Of a DNA stretch of 56,783 nucleotides, positions 45,153-54,990 are shown in pieces (position 1 is the stretch's first letter; the number at the start of each line of letters is the position of its first letter). Source of the stretch: a virus (lineage: Duplodnaviria > Caudoviricetes); the IMG/VR virus record IMGVR_UViG_3300036833_000338, positions 1-56,783 of that record. The stretch is one strand, 5' to 3'. Both the position numbers and the translations under genes were made by a program. The notes under the pieces are model-generated. The model ran no database searches. It worked only from the letters and a program-made list of their open reading frames with translations, and was not told where the DNA came from.

Positions 45153-45345
45153 TTGGCGGCCCCGCCAGCCCGCAATAGCCGAGATCGTCGCCGTACCACC
45201 GCCAGGCCATACAACCCGAGGCGAGGCAGCGGCAGGCGTGATCCGGCCCGCCTTCGATGTCGCGATTGGCGCCCCGCAGCGAGCGGGCGAACGGGCACCA
45301 GCGGTTTTTTGCGTCGGCTTCAGTCATCATGGCACCACCTCCCAT
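45145..45345 (-). CDS. Small Cys-rich phage protein
   Basis: TEADAKNRWCPFAR...CLASGCMAWRW...GYCGLAG. Confidence 0.65.
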   Translation of the reverse strand: MGGGAMMTEADAKNRWCPFARSLRGANRDIEGGPDHACRCLASGCMAWRWYGDDLGYCGLAGPPSD

Positions 45346-45442
45346 GGTGTTCCCTGCGGCGGATCGGTGCGCGCGGCAACCCGTGCAGGGAGGACGGGGA
45401 TGCGGGGATCAGCCGTGCCGCGCCACGCCAGCATGCCATCGG

Positions 45443-45805
45443 TCAGCAGGCGGCGCAAGCCGCGCATTCGCACCAGCCGACGCTGCCCGGACGGCGCACC
45501 GAGGTGTAGTGCCCGGGGGCGAGCCGCGGCGGGATCGGCGGCAGATGCCCGATGTCGAGCTCGACCGCCGGGCACCGCGCGGCGCGCTCGGCCAGCGCCC
45601 GCCAGCTGTGCAGCAGGTCATCGCGGAGCGGCGGCGGGATCTTCGGAGCGTACATTCTGCTAAACCACAAATGCCGGCCAGATTGGCTGACCGGCACCGT
45701 GACGGAGAATGTGATGCGTACACATCGCAAGCTCCGGCTTCGGATTATCGTGATCTGGCGCGTGAGCGTCAAGATCATGATCCGCCGATAGCCGGGGGAG
45801 GTCAA
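45443..45805 (-). CDS. Hypothetical protein
   Basis: Co-oriented ORF; start uncertain. Confidence 0.35.
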   Translation of the reverse strand: MTSPGYRRIMILTLTRQITIIRSRSLRCVRITFSVTVPVSQSGRHLWFSRMYAPKIPPPLRDDLLHSWRALAERAARCPAVELDIGHLPPIPPRLAPGHYTSVRRPGSVGWCECAACAAC

Positions 45806-45920
45806 TCGGCAACGGTTGGCCTCTCCCGTCGCTCAGCGCCCGCAGGTTGTGCAGCCGACGTCCGACACAAGGCGATCGATTTTTCGCTATGGACGGCGTG
45901 TTCGCCAGCCCGGTCTTGGT

Positions 45921-45956
45921 CTAGGGATTCCCCCCCCTATAGGGGGGGAACCCTAG
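45921..45956. repeat. Near-perfect palindrome, candidate replication origin element
   Basis: CTAGGG-A-TT-C8-TATA-G7-AA-CCCTAG downstream of the helicase gene. Confidence 0.6.
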
Positions 45957-46188
45957 CCCGGGGAAGCAACGTCCGTCGCGCGCAGTTTTGCTGGGGATAA
46001 TTCGAATAACCCTGTTTTATATCGGGTTTCTCCAAAACCCGATCCAAGCTCCGGGCACACCTCTCCCGTTTACTGAATCAGGTCCGTCAATTTACGCAAC
46101 GACAACGCGTTTCTGCCTCGAGCCAAACGCCCATGGGGGCGTGGCTCCCGAGGGGACCGACTGTAGCGCCAGTCCCAGCAGGCCTCGC

Positions 46189-47448
46189 CTAGCGGTACAG
46201 CGAACCGAGCATCTCTCGAGCTTTTGTCTCGTTGAGGGTGACGCCTGGACAGATCTTGTGTCCGCGTTTCTCAGACAGGTATTCGCTTTCGACTAGGACG
46301 CCGTTGTCGATCCAGGCTTTTAGGATGCGTTTGGCCTGGCCTTTGGACTTGTCGGCGAGCTTACAGATGGGCCATCCGGCCCAGTCGCCGGCTGCGCGGG
46401 AGTCGCTGAGATAGGGGTCACCTGTCTCGAGCCCATTTCGCAGCACCTCGAAGATTTGGGCGATTTGTGTTTTCGGGAAGTCCTCCTTGTCAAAGACATC
46501 GGGTGGGTACCAGCGCTCGACGGTCTGCACGACGTCCCCTCTGGGATATCGCGGATTGACTGCGGTATTGCCGAGCGGCACGCCGATCAGCTTGAACCAC
46601 ATTGCGGTCGGGTCGAGCGGGGCAAGGTTGATCTTGGCGTCGTCGACGCGCACCAGGTGGGTGCGGTCTTTGTCGGAGACGCCAAAGATCTCGGCCTCGG
46701 CTTGGGTCATTGTAGTGACCGTCCGTATCAGCCGACCGGCATCGACCACTGCCGAGGCTCCGCGCCCGCGATCGGCGTCGCCTGCAGTTCCGATACCCTT
46801 GCGGGTATGGTGGACAATGTCGGGTGCGAAGTGCCACTCTGCTGCCAGCTGGATGAATAGACTGATGACTTCATCCATGGCACTGTTGTCGTTTTCGGTG
46901 AGGCTGTGCGCCTTGACAAACGGGTCCAGTCCAATGATGTCGACTGGCAATTCTAGTTGCTCATAGAGCGACCCAACGGCCCGTTGGCCAAAGCGATCGG
47001 CGACCATGAGCTTGAGGCCGCGCGGCGTGCAGTAGAGCAGCTGGCCGTCGACCTCGGTCGGGTCGATGTTGTGGTGCAGCATCGCCGCACCGATTCGCCG
47101 TTGGATCTCGGCGAGCCCATCCTCGAGGCAGACCATGGCGACGCGTCCCTGGAAGTGGACGTGCTCGCCGGTGAGCGGGCGGCCGGTGGCGACGGCGAGG
47201 TATTGCAGGCAGCGGATGGCCGACTTGCCGGCACCGCCGGCGCCGATCAGGCCGGAGAGGAAGCCCCTGGCGAAGGTGCTGCCCAAAATCCATTCGCGCG
47301 GCGGCAGGTGCTCGGCGATGATGTTGCCGGCGTTGTACCACTTGATCTGGGGCGGCGGGTCGGCCTGATCGGCCGGGTCGATGCGGAGTGGCGTGAGGCC
47401 GTTTGGCTTGCCGTTGCCGGTGTGCGGCGCGTGCCCGTTGCTACGCAC
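46189..47448 (-). CDS. RecA-fold RepA-like (AAA_25) replicative helicase
   Basis: Walker A GAGGAGKS, CLED, IGLDPF, ENDN, VHHTRK, RGASAVVDAGR. Confidence 0.85.
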   Translation of the reverse strand: MRSNGHAPHTGNGKPNGLTPLRIDPADQADPPPQIKWYNAGNIIAEHLPPREWILGSTFARGFLSGLIGAGGAGKSAIRCLQYLAVATGRPLTGEHVHFQGRVAMVCLEDGLAEIQRRIGAAMLHHNIDPTEVDGQLLYCTPRGLKLMVADRFGQRAVGSLYEQLELPVDIIGLDPFVKAHSLTENDNSAMDEVISLFIQLAAEWHFAPDIVHHTRKGIGTAGDADRGRGASAVVDAGRLIRTVTTMTQAEAEIFGVSDKDRTHLVRVDDAKINLAPLDPTAMWFKLIGVPLGNTAVNPRYPRGDVVQTVERWYPPDVFDKEDFPKTQIAQIFEVLRNGLETGDPYLSDSRAAGDWAGWPICKLADKSKGQAKRILKAWIDNGVLVESEYLSEKRGHKICPGVTLNETKAREMLGSLYR

Positions 47449-47727
47449 GGCTGACGCCCTAGCGAAGCGTCACAAAACAACCGCTTGACGAGTGCTGGCG
47501 AATTACAACATAGAGAGACTGCATATCACTTTCTCCCCGAGAGTGGTGTGAAACGCATCTCGGTTCCCCCCGAGATCCTGGAAAGTGCGAGCGCCGGCAG
47601 CCCCCGCTGCCGGCGTTCTTTCATTCTGGCGCGGAAGCGCGGGGGCGTCCAGCGGGTCGTGCGGCGCGGCGGAAAGGCTGCGGGTGCGGCTGGCTTGCAT
47701 CTCGCTGCGCTCTGGTGATAAGTGAAA

Positions 47728-47824
47728 TGACGCGGCGCGGGCGACGGCCCGACCCTCCGATACCCCTGATTCGGACTCGCCGCGTCACTTCCTAACGAAA
47801 ACAGGGGCGAAGGTCAGGGGAATA
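47728..47824 (+). ncRNA. Three-way-junction structured leader, family 2 copy G
   Basis: Outer stem TGACGCGGCG/CGCCGCGTCA, two inner hairpins; loop CCCCTG complementary to two CAGGGG sites before ATG 47825. Confidence 0.6.
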
Positions 47825-49723
47825 ATGACGGTAAGGGGACAGAGCAAGCAAAGCTATCGCAAGCAGCCGCAATGGCTGGCGCTCGATCGACTACAGCCGC
47901 ATCCCAACAATCCCCGACTGATGCCGCGGGAGGAAATCGTTGAACAAATCCACCAACAAATCGCTGCGGATGGGTTTGATGCCGCGCATGCGCTGATCGT
48001 TCGACCGCTCGGCAAGGGTTGGCAGATCGTCTCGGGTCACCACCGCTGGCTGGCGGCCGACCGCGCCGGGCTCGATCGGGTGCCGTGCTGGGTGCGCGAG
48101 CTCGACGATGCGGCAGCGTACATGATGCTGGTGACGTCGAACGCGCAGAGCGAGCTGACGGCGCTGGAGCGCGGGCTGCACGCGCTGCGCAGCGTCGAGA
48201 AGCCGGAAGACCTCGATGTCAAAGCGTATGCGGAACGTGCTGGACGCGCAAAGGAACGCCGTACAGTTCAGAGCGAGATAATGGCCGCGCGCGTTGCCGA
48301 GGCTGCGGCCGATATCGGCCACGCGCTGTCCGATCGCTTCTCCCAGCTCGTCGAGATCCACGCCGCCCCCGAGTGGCTGTGGCCGGCCTTGGTCGAGGCG
48401 ATGCTGCCGTCGGAAGCGACATTGCGCGAGCCCGGCGGCAACGTCATTGTCGAGGGCAAGCGGGCCTGGACAGTCGAGGAGACGCGGACTCAAGTCGCGC
48501 GGTTCAAGAACATCACCGAGCCGCCGTTCTTCCTCGACATCGCCAGGGCGCTGGTCGAGGGCATTGCGATGCCAGCCGACGTTGATCGGGTCATCAAGGC
48601 CGAGGCTCGCACTGTCGCTGAACTCGATGCTATCGCCAAGCGGTTCGCCGCGCTCGATCCAGATCGCCCATTCGAAGAAGGCGCGGGACAAATTCATCTG
48701 GCCGAACGGATGGCGCTCGGCAGTGAGTACTTTAGCACCTATGCCGAAGCGCTTGAATTCTTCGATGGCGTAATCGCTGAACAACGCCAGGAACTGGCCG
48801 AGCTTGAACGTGAGCAGCGCCTAGCGCAGCGTGCCACCGAAGCGGCTCGCCAGCGCAGTCTGCGTCTGCGCAATTACGTGTCGCTCGAAGAATGGAACAC
48901 GCTTGACCGAACCACCCAGCTGGCGTTGTTGCCACCGGATCTTGCGGGGCTTTCCAAAGCCGACTTCAATAAGCAGACTGGACCCGACATCGAATGGGCG
49001 AGGTGGTCGTGGAACCCGATCACCGGCTGCGAGCACACCTGCCCCTATTGCTATGCGCGCGAAATAGCCAATGATCCCGATCGGGCAAAGGTTTTCCCTA
49101 ATGGGTTTGCCCCGACACTGAAGCCGCGTTCGCTGCTCGCTCCACGGTTCATGAAAGTGCCGGACGAGGCCAAGACTGACGCGCGCTTCGGCAACGTCTT
49201 CATGGGCTCGATGGCTGATGTCTTTGGTCGGTGGGTGCCAACGGAATGGATTGAGGCAATCCTCGCCGAGATCCGTGCGGCAGCGCAGTGGAACTTCCTG
49301 TGTTTGACTAAATTCCCCAAGCGGATGGCCGAATTCGACATCCCAAAGAATGCCTGGATGGGCACCACGGTCGATCTGCAAGCGCGGGTTGCAGCCGCCG
49401 AGGCGGGCTTTGAGCATGTCGGATCGAAGTATCGATGGCTATCGGTCGAACCCATGATTGAGCCCCTGCGCTTCACCCATCTCGACCGGTTCAACTGGAT
49501 TGTCATCGGTGGCGCATCATCCACAAAGAATGATCCACCAACGCCGGAGTGGCGACCGCCATTCGATTGGATCGCAGATTTGCGCAATCAAGCCCGCGAT
49601 GCGGGCGTAAAGGTGTACATGAAGACCAACTTGCTCGGCAACCGCGTCCTCGAACTGCCTGGCGATTGGCCGATCAAAACCGATCTGACCGAAGCGCCAG
49701 CAGTTTTCCATTACCTCCGATGA
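47825..49723 (+). CDS. ParB-N domain fused to DUF5131 (Gp37/Gp68-like) domain
   Basis: LQPHPNNPR...IVSGHHRW; IEWARWSWNPITGCEHTCPYCYA...SMADVFG...LSVEP...WIVIGG. Confidence 0.85.
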   Translation: MTVRGQSKQSYRKQPQWLALDRLQPHPNNPRLMPREEIVEQIHQQIAADGFDAAHALIVRPLGKGWQIVSGHHRWLAADRAGLDRVPCWVRELDDAAAYMMLVTSNAQSELTALERGLHALRSVEKPEDLDVKAYAERAGRAKERRTVQSEIMAARVAEAAADIGHALSDRFSQLVEIHAAPEWLWPALVEAMLPSEATLREPGGNVIVEGKRAWTVEETRTQVARFKNITEPPFFLDIARALVEGIAMPADVDRVIKAEARTVAELDAIAKRFAALDPDRPFEEGAGQIHLAERMALGSEYFSTYAEALEFFDGVIAEQRQELAELEREQRLAQRATEAARQRSLRLRNYVSLEEWNTLDRTTQLALLPPDLAGLSKADFNKQTGPDIEWARWSWNPITGCEHTCPYCYAREIANDPDRAKVFPNGFAPTLKPRSLLAPRFMKVPDEAKTDARFGNVFMGSMADVFGRWVPTEWIEAILAEIRAAAQWNFLCLTKFPKRMAEFDIPKNAWMGTTVDLQARVAAAEAGFEHVGSKYRWLSVEPMIEPLRFTHLDRFNWIVIGGASSTKNDPPTPEWRPPFDWIADLRNQARDAGVKVYMKTNLLGNRVLELPGDWPIKTDLTEAPAVFHYLR

Positions 49724-49935
49724 AATTCGAATTGACCTTTGAAGACCCTCCTCCCCGCAGCCTCCGATGGCGGCGCTGGCACCCATCGGTCGAGGCGGCC
49801 GAGGCCGAGGCGGCGCACGTCTACCAGGTGCTGGACCATCGCATGTTGGCTCGCCCGCGCTACTCGATCGCGGACGGCGACGGTCGGGTCGCCGGCAGCA
49901 CGCTGATCACCCGATTAGCCGAACGCCTATCATAA
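49720..49935 (+). CDS. Hypothetical protein
   Basis: ATGA-coupled ORF. Confidence 0.45.
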   Translation: MKFELTFEDPPPRSLRWRRWHPSVEAAEAEAAHVYQVLDHRMLARPRYSIADGDGRVAGSTLITRLAERLS

Positions 49936-50005
49936 AGAGCTTGCTTCTGCCGTTATCTGCTGGTATCCTTCTTCGCTAGGCATTATTCAGCGATGAAGGT
50001 TATTT

Positions 50006-50245
50006 ATGGACAGTAAAGAAGTTCCAGCAGCGGCGCCGCAGCTCGAGCCGGGCGACGCCTTGTTCGGTGGCCAAGAGATCACCGACTTTGTCAACGAGCT
50101 CTGGGGCACCGATTACGCGGTGCAGACAATCTACGGCTGGCTCAACCGCGGCCTGCTCCCGGCCGGGAAGTTTGGAGCGCGGGTAGTGGGCTCCCGCCGC
50201 GCGATCCGCGAACGCGCTGCACAAGCCGCCGGGCTCACCAAGTGA
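50006..50245 (+). CDS. Excisionase-like small DNA-binding protein
   Basis: GGQEITDFV...QTIYGWLNRGLLPAGKFGARVV. Confidence 0.65.
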   Translation: MDSKEVPAAAPQLEPGDALFGGQEITDFVNELWGTDYAVQTIYGWLNRGLLPAGKFGARVVGSRRAIRERAAQAAGLTK

Positions 50246-50629
50246 ACCTGACGTGGCTGTTCGCCGCCGGCAGCCTGGAAGCGCGCCAGCGCCGCCCGGA
50301 ACGGCTCAAGTACCTGATCATCAGCCTGTTCGCGGCCGGTGGCGCGGTCGGGCTCGGCTATCTCCTGGCCGCGGGCCTGGTGCACCGGGTGCTGCATCTG
50401 CCATAGATCATGGACGCCAAGCCGCCGATCCTGCCGCGGATCGAGATTATCGAAGAGCCGGATCTTCTCAACCCACCACCAGCAGGGGAAAAAGCTGATG
50501 AGTGAACTTGAATTGCGGTCCATCCTCTTCGACTCCGTCGTCGAGGTGCTGGTTATTATCGAGCCGCAAGGCTGCACTCGTTTTTGGTGTTAGCGCCGCA
50601 CAAATTACGAGAATTCGTCGGCGGGAATC

Positions 50630-51010
50630 ATGGGAAGGTTCGCAATGAGACGCCCCGCGCTGCCCTCCCCGTGGGTTCTACCGGGAACAAGCCCTAATCA
50701 TCCTCAGCCTGGCTGGTGGATGGTCCGGTGGCGCCGTCACACGGCTGAAGTACCCGCTGCCATCTGGTCGAGCCCCTATGAGCCGGGCACCGACAATCTG
50801 CTCTCGACAGGTCCGATCCTGGCGGCCGCGATCGCCGGGGAACCCGTCGACCCGGTGACGGTGTGGACCATGAGGAAGCGGCCGGTCGACGAGGCCGAGT
50901 ATAAATTCCGCGTCGCCGATCAGGCATGGTTGCGCCAGGCGCAGCCAGATGATCCCAAGGTCAACCCGCGCCAACCCGTCGATTTGAAGACGATGGCACC
51001 ACCCTTTTAA
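50630..51010 (+). CDS. Conserved hypothetical phage protein
   Basis: PQPGWWMVR...VPAAIW...PVDEAEY...PVDLKTMAPPF. Confidence 0.65.
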   Translation: MGRFAMRRPALPSPWVLPGTSPNHPQPGWWMVRWRRHTAEVPAAIWSSPYEPGTDNLLSTGPILAAAIAGEPVDPVTVWTMRKRPVDEAEYKFRVADQAWLRQAQPDDPKVNPRQPVDLKTMAPPF

Positions 51011-51213
51011 TGGAGAGTGTTATGACTAGAAAACAGAGCCTGGATCTACAAGCGATAGTGCGCCGGGGCTGGTATGGCCGCCGTGCTGGATGACCTGAGG
51101 ATGTTGGCCGAGTTCGAGAGCGGCTGGGAGGAAGTTGCATCCGCGCTCTGGGAGGCAAAGGAAGCGGCTATTAAGGCATCCGCCAATTCGTCAATTGAAG
51201 GAACTCTTTTTAC

Positions 51214-52062
51214 ATGAATGATCTCGAGCAACTGCTGGCCCGTGACCCGCCCGGTATCGGTGACAACTTCCCGCCACCCGAGTCGCTCGCCGAGCACCTC
51301 GCCGAGGAGACGGCGGCGTTACGGGCGCGCGCCGACGAGTTGGTGCTGAATCTCAAAGAGCGCGCCGTCGTCGCCACCGAGGATGACGCTGAAAAAATGA
51401 CGCTGCTCCTGGCGATGGTCGCCGAGCATTCCGACGTCATCGAAGCGTGCCGAGTCGAGCGCAAGGCGCCCTACCTCGCAGACGCGCGGATCGTCGATGA
51501 GCATTTCGGCGACCTGCAGTTTCCGCTTGTGGGCAATCCAAGAAAGAAGGGGGGCGCCTACGCCGAGGGGCACGCACGGCTCGACGCCTACCGCCGCCGC
51601 CAGGAGGCCGCGGCCCTGGCCGAGCGCCGACGGCTCGAGGACGAAGCCCGCAAGCAGCGCGAGGCCGCTGAAGCTGCTGAACGCGCCCGGCTGCGGGCCG
51701 AGCAGGCGCAGCGCGACGCCACCGACAAGGCTGCTGCCGAAAAGGCGCGCAGAGAGAAGGCCGAGGCTGAGCTCGCCGCCCGCAAGGCCGCCGACGCCGC
51801 GGCCCAATTCGACGCCCGCGCCGAAGCCGCCGAGGCGCCGCAAGTAATACATTCTGGGTACGGGCCTCGTGCGGCGCGACGCGTCACGCACAAGGTGGTC
51901 ATCGTCGATCTCTCAAAAGCCCTGCGCCACGCACTGCGGATCGACGCGCATCGTGTGCGCGAATGTGTGCAAGCCATCTTCGAAGCCCAAGTGCGCGGTG
52001 GCGTGCGTGAATTACCCGGTGCCGATATCGTCACCGACAGCACTACCGTCATCCGAAAATGA
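51214..52062 (+). CDS. Coiled-coil protein of the recombination module
   Basis: GIGDNFPP...RVERKAPYL...long A/E/R coil...GVRELPG; upstream of recT. Confidence 0.7.
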   Translation: MNDLEQLLARDPPGIGDNFPPPESLAEHLAEETAALRARADELVLNLKERAVVATEDDAEKMTLLLAMVAEHSDVIEACRVERKAPYLADARIVDEHFGDLQFPLVGNPRKKGGAYAEGHARLDAYRRRQEAAALAERRRLEDEARKQREAAEAAERARLRAEQAQRDATDKAAAEKARREKAEAELAARKAADAAAQFDARAEAAEAPQVIHSGYGPRAARRVTHKVVIVDLSKALRHALRIDAHRVRECVQAIFEAQVRGGVRELPGADIVTDSTTVIRK

Positions 52063-52156
52063 TGCGGCAAAAGATGCGTGCTGCCCGCGCACGGTATGTA
52101 GCTAGCACGCAAGTGCGCAAGTGAGATCCAGACCCGGCAATCCATGGAGGGAGCCG

Positions 52157-53725
52157 ATGCCTGACGAGAGCAGGGAACTCGCCACATCAAACCGTGATCT
52201 GGCGACGATGCCGTTGCAGGAAGCACTCGACGAGTTTGGCCCGAACTTTGCGGCTGAGCTGCCCTCGCACATTCCGCTGGCGCGATTCAAGCGGACGATC
52301 ATCACGGCAATCAACAGCGCCCCCGATCTGCGCTATGCCGACCGGCGGTCGCTCTTCAACGCTTGCGTCAAGTGCGCTCATGACGGGCTCTATCCTGACG
52401 GTCGCGAAGCCGCGCTGGTGGTGTTCAAGACCAAGGTGAAAGACCGCAACGGCAACGAAAGAACCATCGACCAGGTTCAGTACATGCCCATGATCGCTGG
52501 CATCAGGAAGCGCTTGCGCAATTCCGGTGAGGTGCTGTCGGCCATCGCCGAGGTCGTTCACCGACACGACAAATTCCGTTATGCGCAGGGCGAGCAGCCG
52601 GTCATCGAGCACGAGCCGCCGCCGCTCGATCAGGACCGCGGTGACATGATCGGAGCTTACGCCATCATCAAATTGACGAATGGCGAAGTCCTGCGCGAGG
52701 TGATGCCCAAAGCCGACATCGAGAAGGCGCGTAAACAGAGCCGAGCCCCGAACAGCCTGATGTGGCGGGAATTCTGGGGCGAAGGCGCCAGAAAGACCGT
52801 GCTGCGACGCTGCGCCAAGGCGGCCCCGGTCAGCTCGGAACTCGAGCGCCTGTTGGCTCGCGATGACGAGTTGCCGGAATTGCCCGCACCCGAGACGGTC
52901 GAGCCCCTGCCGCCGCGGCCAACGCGCGAGCAGTTTATCGCGTCCGAAGAACGGCCAGAACCAGAGCCGGTCGAGGAACCTTCCGAGCCCGAGGAAGAGG
53001 AGGAAGAACACGAGGAGCCCGAAGACGAGCCCGAGCCTGTGGATGAACCTGTGGATGAGCCCGCCGACGAGCCCTTTGTTCTGGTCGACGCGCACGGCGA
53101 GGAGCACCGGGTCGACGGTGCCGCAAACGCCGCCGAGGGCTTCCGCGCGGCGATCGAAGAGGCGGGCAAGATCCGCGCCGATCTCGGCATCTCGGCAGTC
53201 TGGGACAACAACGAGAGCTTGAGATTTCAGTTGAGAGAGCGCGGCTACGACAACCTCGCCGACGAGCTCGGCCAGTTCTACAGCGCCGCGCTGGCCGCCG
53301 CCGACGCGGCGCCAGCAGCCCCTTCGAGAGCCTCAGGGCAGGCTCCACCTGCCCCGGCGGCTACCACACCACCCCCGCCGAAGAAGACCACTCAGCGCCC
53401 TCCTACGCGGGCCGCTACCGCTGCGGCGACCCCCGCTGCTACATCTGCGGCGCCTCCTGAGGTCTCCTCGAAGGGCCCTGGCCCCTCCGCTACTGGTGAG
53501 AAGATCGCGGAGATCAAACCCCAGCAGATCACCGGCCGCAGCGGCTGGGACTGGAAAAAATTCGCAGATGATTGCATCGCGGCGGCCCAGCAGCGGCGCC
53601 CCGACGAGATCGCCGCCTTTCGCGTCGTCCAGGCCCGCATGCTCGACACCTGCCGCGGCCACCCAACCGGCAAATCCGAATGGTCACGAATCATGCAGGC
53701 CTTGGCCGAGCTGGAGCGCGCATGA
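52157..53725 (+). CDS. recT: RecT-family single-strand annealing protein with long acidic/Pro-rich tail
   Basis: CAHDGLYPDGREAALVVF...QYMPMIAG...GAYAIIKL...WGEGARKTVLRR. Confidence 0.88.
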   Translation: MPDESRELATSNRDLATMPLQEALDEFGPNFAAELPSHIPLARFKRTIITAINSAPDLRYADRRSLFNACVKCAHDGLYPDGREAALVVFKTKVKDRNGNERTIDQVQYMPMIAGIRKRLRNSGEVLSAIAEVVHRHDKFRYAQGEQPVIEHEPPPLDQDRGDMIGAYAIIKLTNGEVLREVMPKADIEKARKQSRAPNSLMWREFWGEGARKTVLRRCAKAAPVSSELERLLARDDELPELPAPETVEPLPPRPTREQFIASEERPEPEPVEEPSEPEEEEEEHEEPEDEPEPVDEPVDEPADEPFVLVDAHGEEHRVDGAANAAEGFRAAIEEAGKIRADLGISAVWDNNESLRFQLRERGYDNLADELGQFYSAALAAADAAPAAPSRASGQAPPAPAATTPPPPKKTTQRPPTRAATAAATPAATSAAPPEVSSKGPGPSATGEKIAEIKPQQITGRSGWDWKKFADDCIAAAQQRRPDEIAAFRVVQARMLDTCRGHPTGKSEWSRIMQALAELERA

Positions 53726-53943
53726 ACCCGGAGGCGGTGGACAAAATGACCGACGAGCAAATTCTCACATTGCTGCTTTGCATCCGCAGCCTGGCGCAGA
53801 TCCCCTATCCCTTTCCCGAGAACAGCCCCAACGGCTCAGCCAGGGCACACCCGGCCCTGGCGTTTGCGCTCGGCCAGATCGCCGGCATCGCCACCAAGGC
53901 CATCGCCGAATACGAGCCGCCGGTCGAAAAGGCCCCGCCATGA
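53722..53943 (+). CDS. Hypothetical protein
   Basis: ATGA-coupled on both sides. Confidence 0.5.
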   Translation: MNPEAVDKMTDEQILTLLLCIRSLAQIPYPFPENSPNGSARAHPALAFALGQIAGIATKAIAEYEPPVEKAPP

Positions 53944-54167
53944 ACCCGGAGTCGACAGGGCGGTGGAAGCCGCCGCGCAAGGAGCAACTGTTGCACGAGA
54001 TCGCGACCGGCGCACTGACCCGTGCCGAGGCGCTCGAGCAATATGGCCTCAGCGCCGACGAGCTCGCCGAGTGGCAAAAAGCCTACGACGCGCACGGGCT
54101 CCCCGGACTCCGCAGCACCCGGAGTCAAATGTATCGCGGCCACCCCGCGCCGCGCTTCACCCGATGA
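53940..54167 (+). CDS. sciP: SciP-like (DUF1153) CtrA-inhibitor homolog
   Basis: RWKPPRKEQLLHEIATGALTRAEALEQYGLSADELAEWQKAYDAHGLPGLRSTRSQMYR. Confidence 0.8.
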   Translation: MNPESTGRWKPPRKEQLLHEIATGALTRAEALEQYGLSADELAEWQKAYDAHGLPGLRSTRSQMYRGHPAPRFTR

Positions 54168-54367
54168 CGACGCCGGAGCATTTTGCGATGACCTTTGACG
54201 TAACGATGCGGTTTTACGTGAGGTACAGCGATCGGCGCTATCGCCCTGACGACGCTGTCGCCGATGTTTTTGAGTGGGGTGAATGCGTCAGCGAAAGCGA
54301 GGCGCGAGCGACTTTCCTTCTGGCGCACCCGCACGCCTACATCGTCCGTGAAGAGCGCATCGAATGA
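54164..54367 (+). CDS. Hypothetical protein
   Basis: ATGA-coupled on both sides. Confidence 0.45.
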   Translation: MTTPEHFAMTFDVTMRFYVRYSDRRYRPDDAVADVFEWGECVSESEARATFLLAHPHAYIVREERIE

Positions 54368-54849
54368 CGCTCCACGACTATCTCGAGGCAAACGTCGCCT
54401 GGCTCGAGGAGGCGGTCAAAAGCGTGGCGGCCGGCAGCGATCTGATGCCGATGTATGTCTTCGAAACGGCGGACGCGACCGTAGTTGTGCCGCCGATCAT
54501 CCACGACAAGGACCTGATGGTCGCGGTGTTCGAGGGACTGGCAAAGAAAGCCGGCGCGGTGCGCTACGCCATCATCTCGGCCGCCTGGTACGTCAAGCTC
54601 GCACCACACGAGGCAACCACGGGGACGGCGATCATCGGCCGAGAGGGCACCGGCACCATCTACAAGGACCGCCGCCGCGAGTGTTACGAGGTCGTCGTCG
54701 GCGACAAGGAGCAGACGCTGATCGCGACATTTGATGTGCAACGCGACTACAAGGACAAAATCCGGCAGCTGATCCGGCTGCCCGCACTCGAACCGCAGGC
54801 GTTTTCCCACGGGCGCATGATCGACCTGCTTGTCGAGGCTCGACACTGA
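54364..54849 (+). CDS. Hypothetical protein
   Basis: 161 aa, GC3-rich codons, followed by a hairpin. Confidence 0.65.
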   Translation: MTLHDYLEANVAWLEEAVKSVAAGSDLMPMYVFETADATVVVPPIIHDKDLMVAVFEGLAKKAGAVRYAIISAAWYVKLAPHEATTGTAIIGREGTGTIYKDRRRECYEVVVGDKEQTLIATFDVQRDYKDKIRQLIRLPALEPQAFSHGRMIDLLVEARH

Positions 54850-54866
54850 GATGTTTCCCGTGAAAC

Positions 54867-54898
54867 ACCCGGCGGCTGCTCCCCCACAGCCGCCGGGT
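54867..54898. terminator. GC-rich hairpin between convergent genes
   Basis: ACCCGGCGGCTG-8 nt-CAGCCGCCGGGT; no clear U-tract on the plus strand. Confidence 0.5.
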
Positions 54899-54990
54899 CG
54901 GGCCTCACTCCTTCTGTCGCCGCCTGCGCAACAGCCGCCGTCGCTCACGCCCGCTGATGCTCGGCGGTTCCGGCTTTTCTCCTGAGTCAG

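Noticed and set aside
47728-47790. tRNA gene
   Set aside because: Branched fold but only two arms, no T-loop GTTC motif and no anticodon arm
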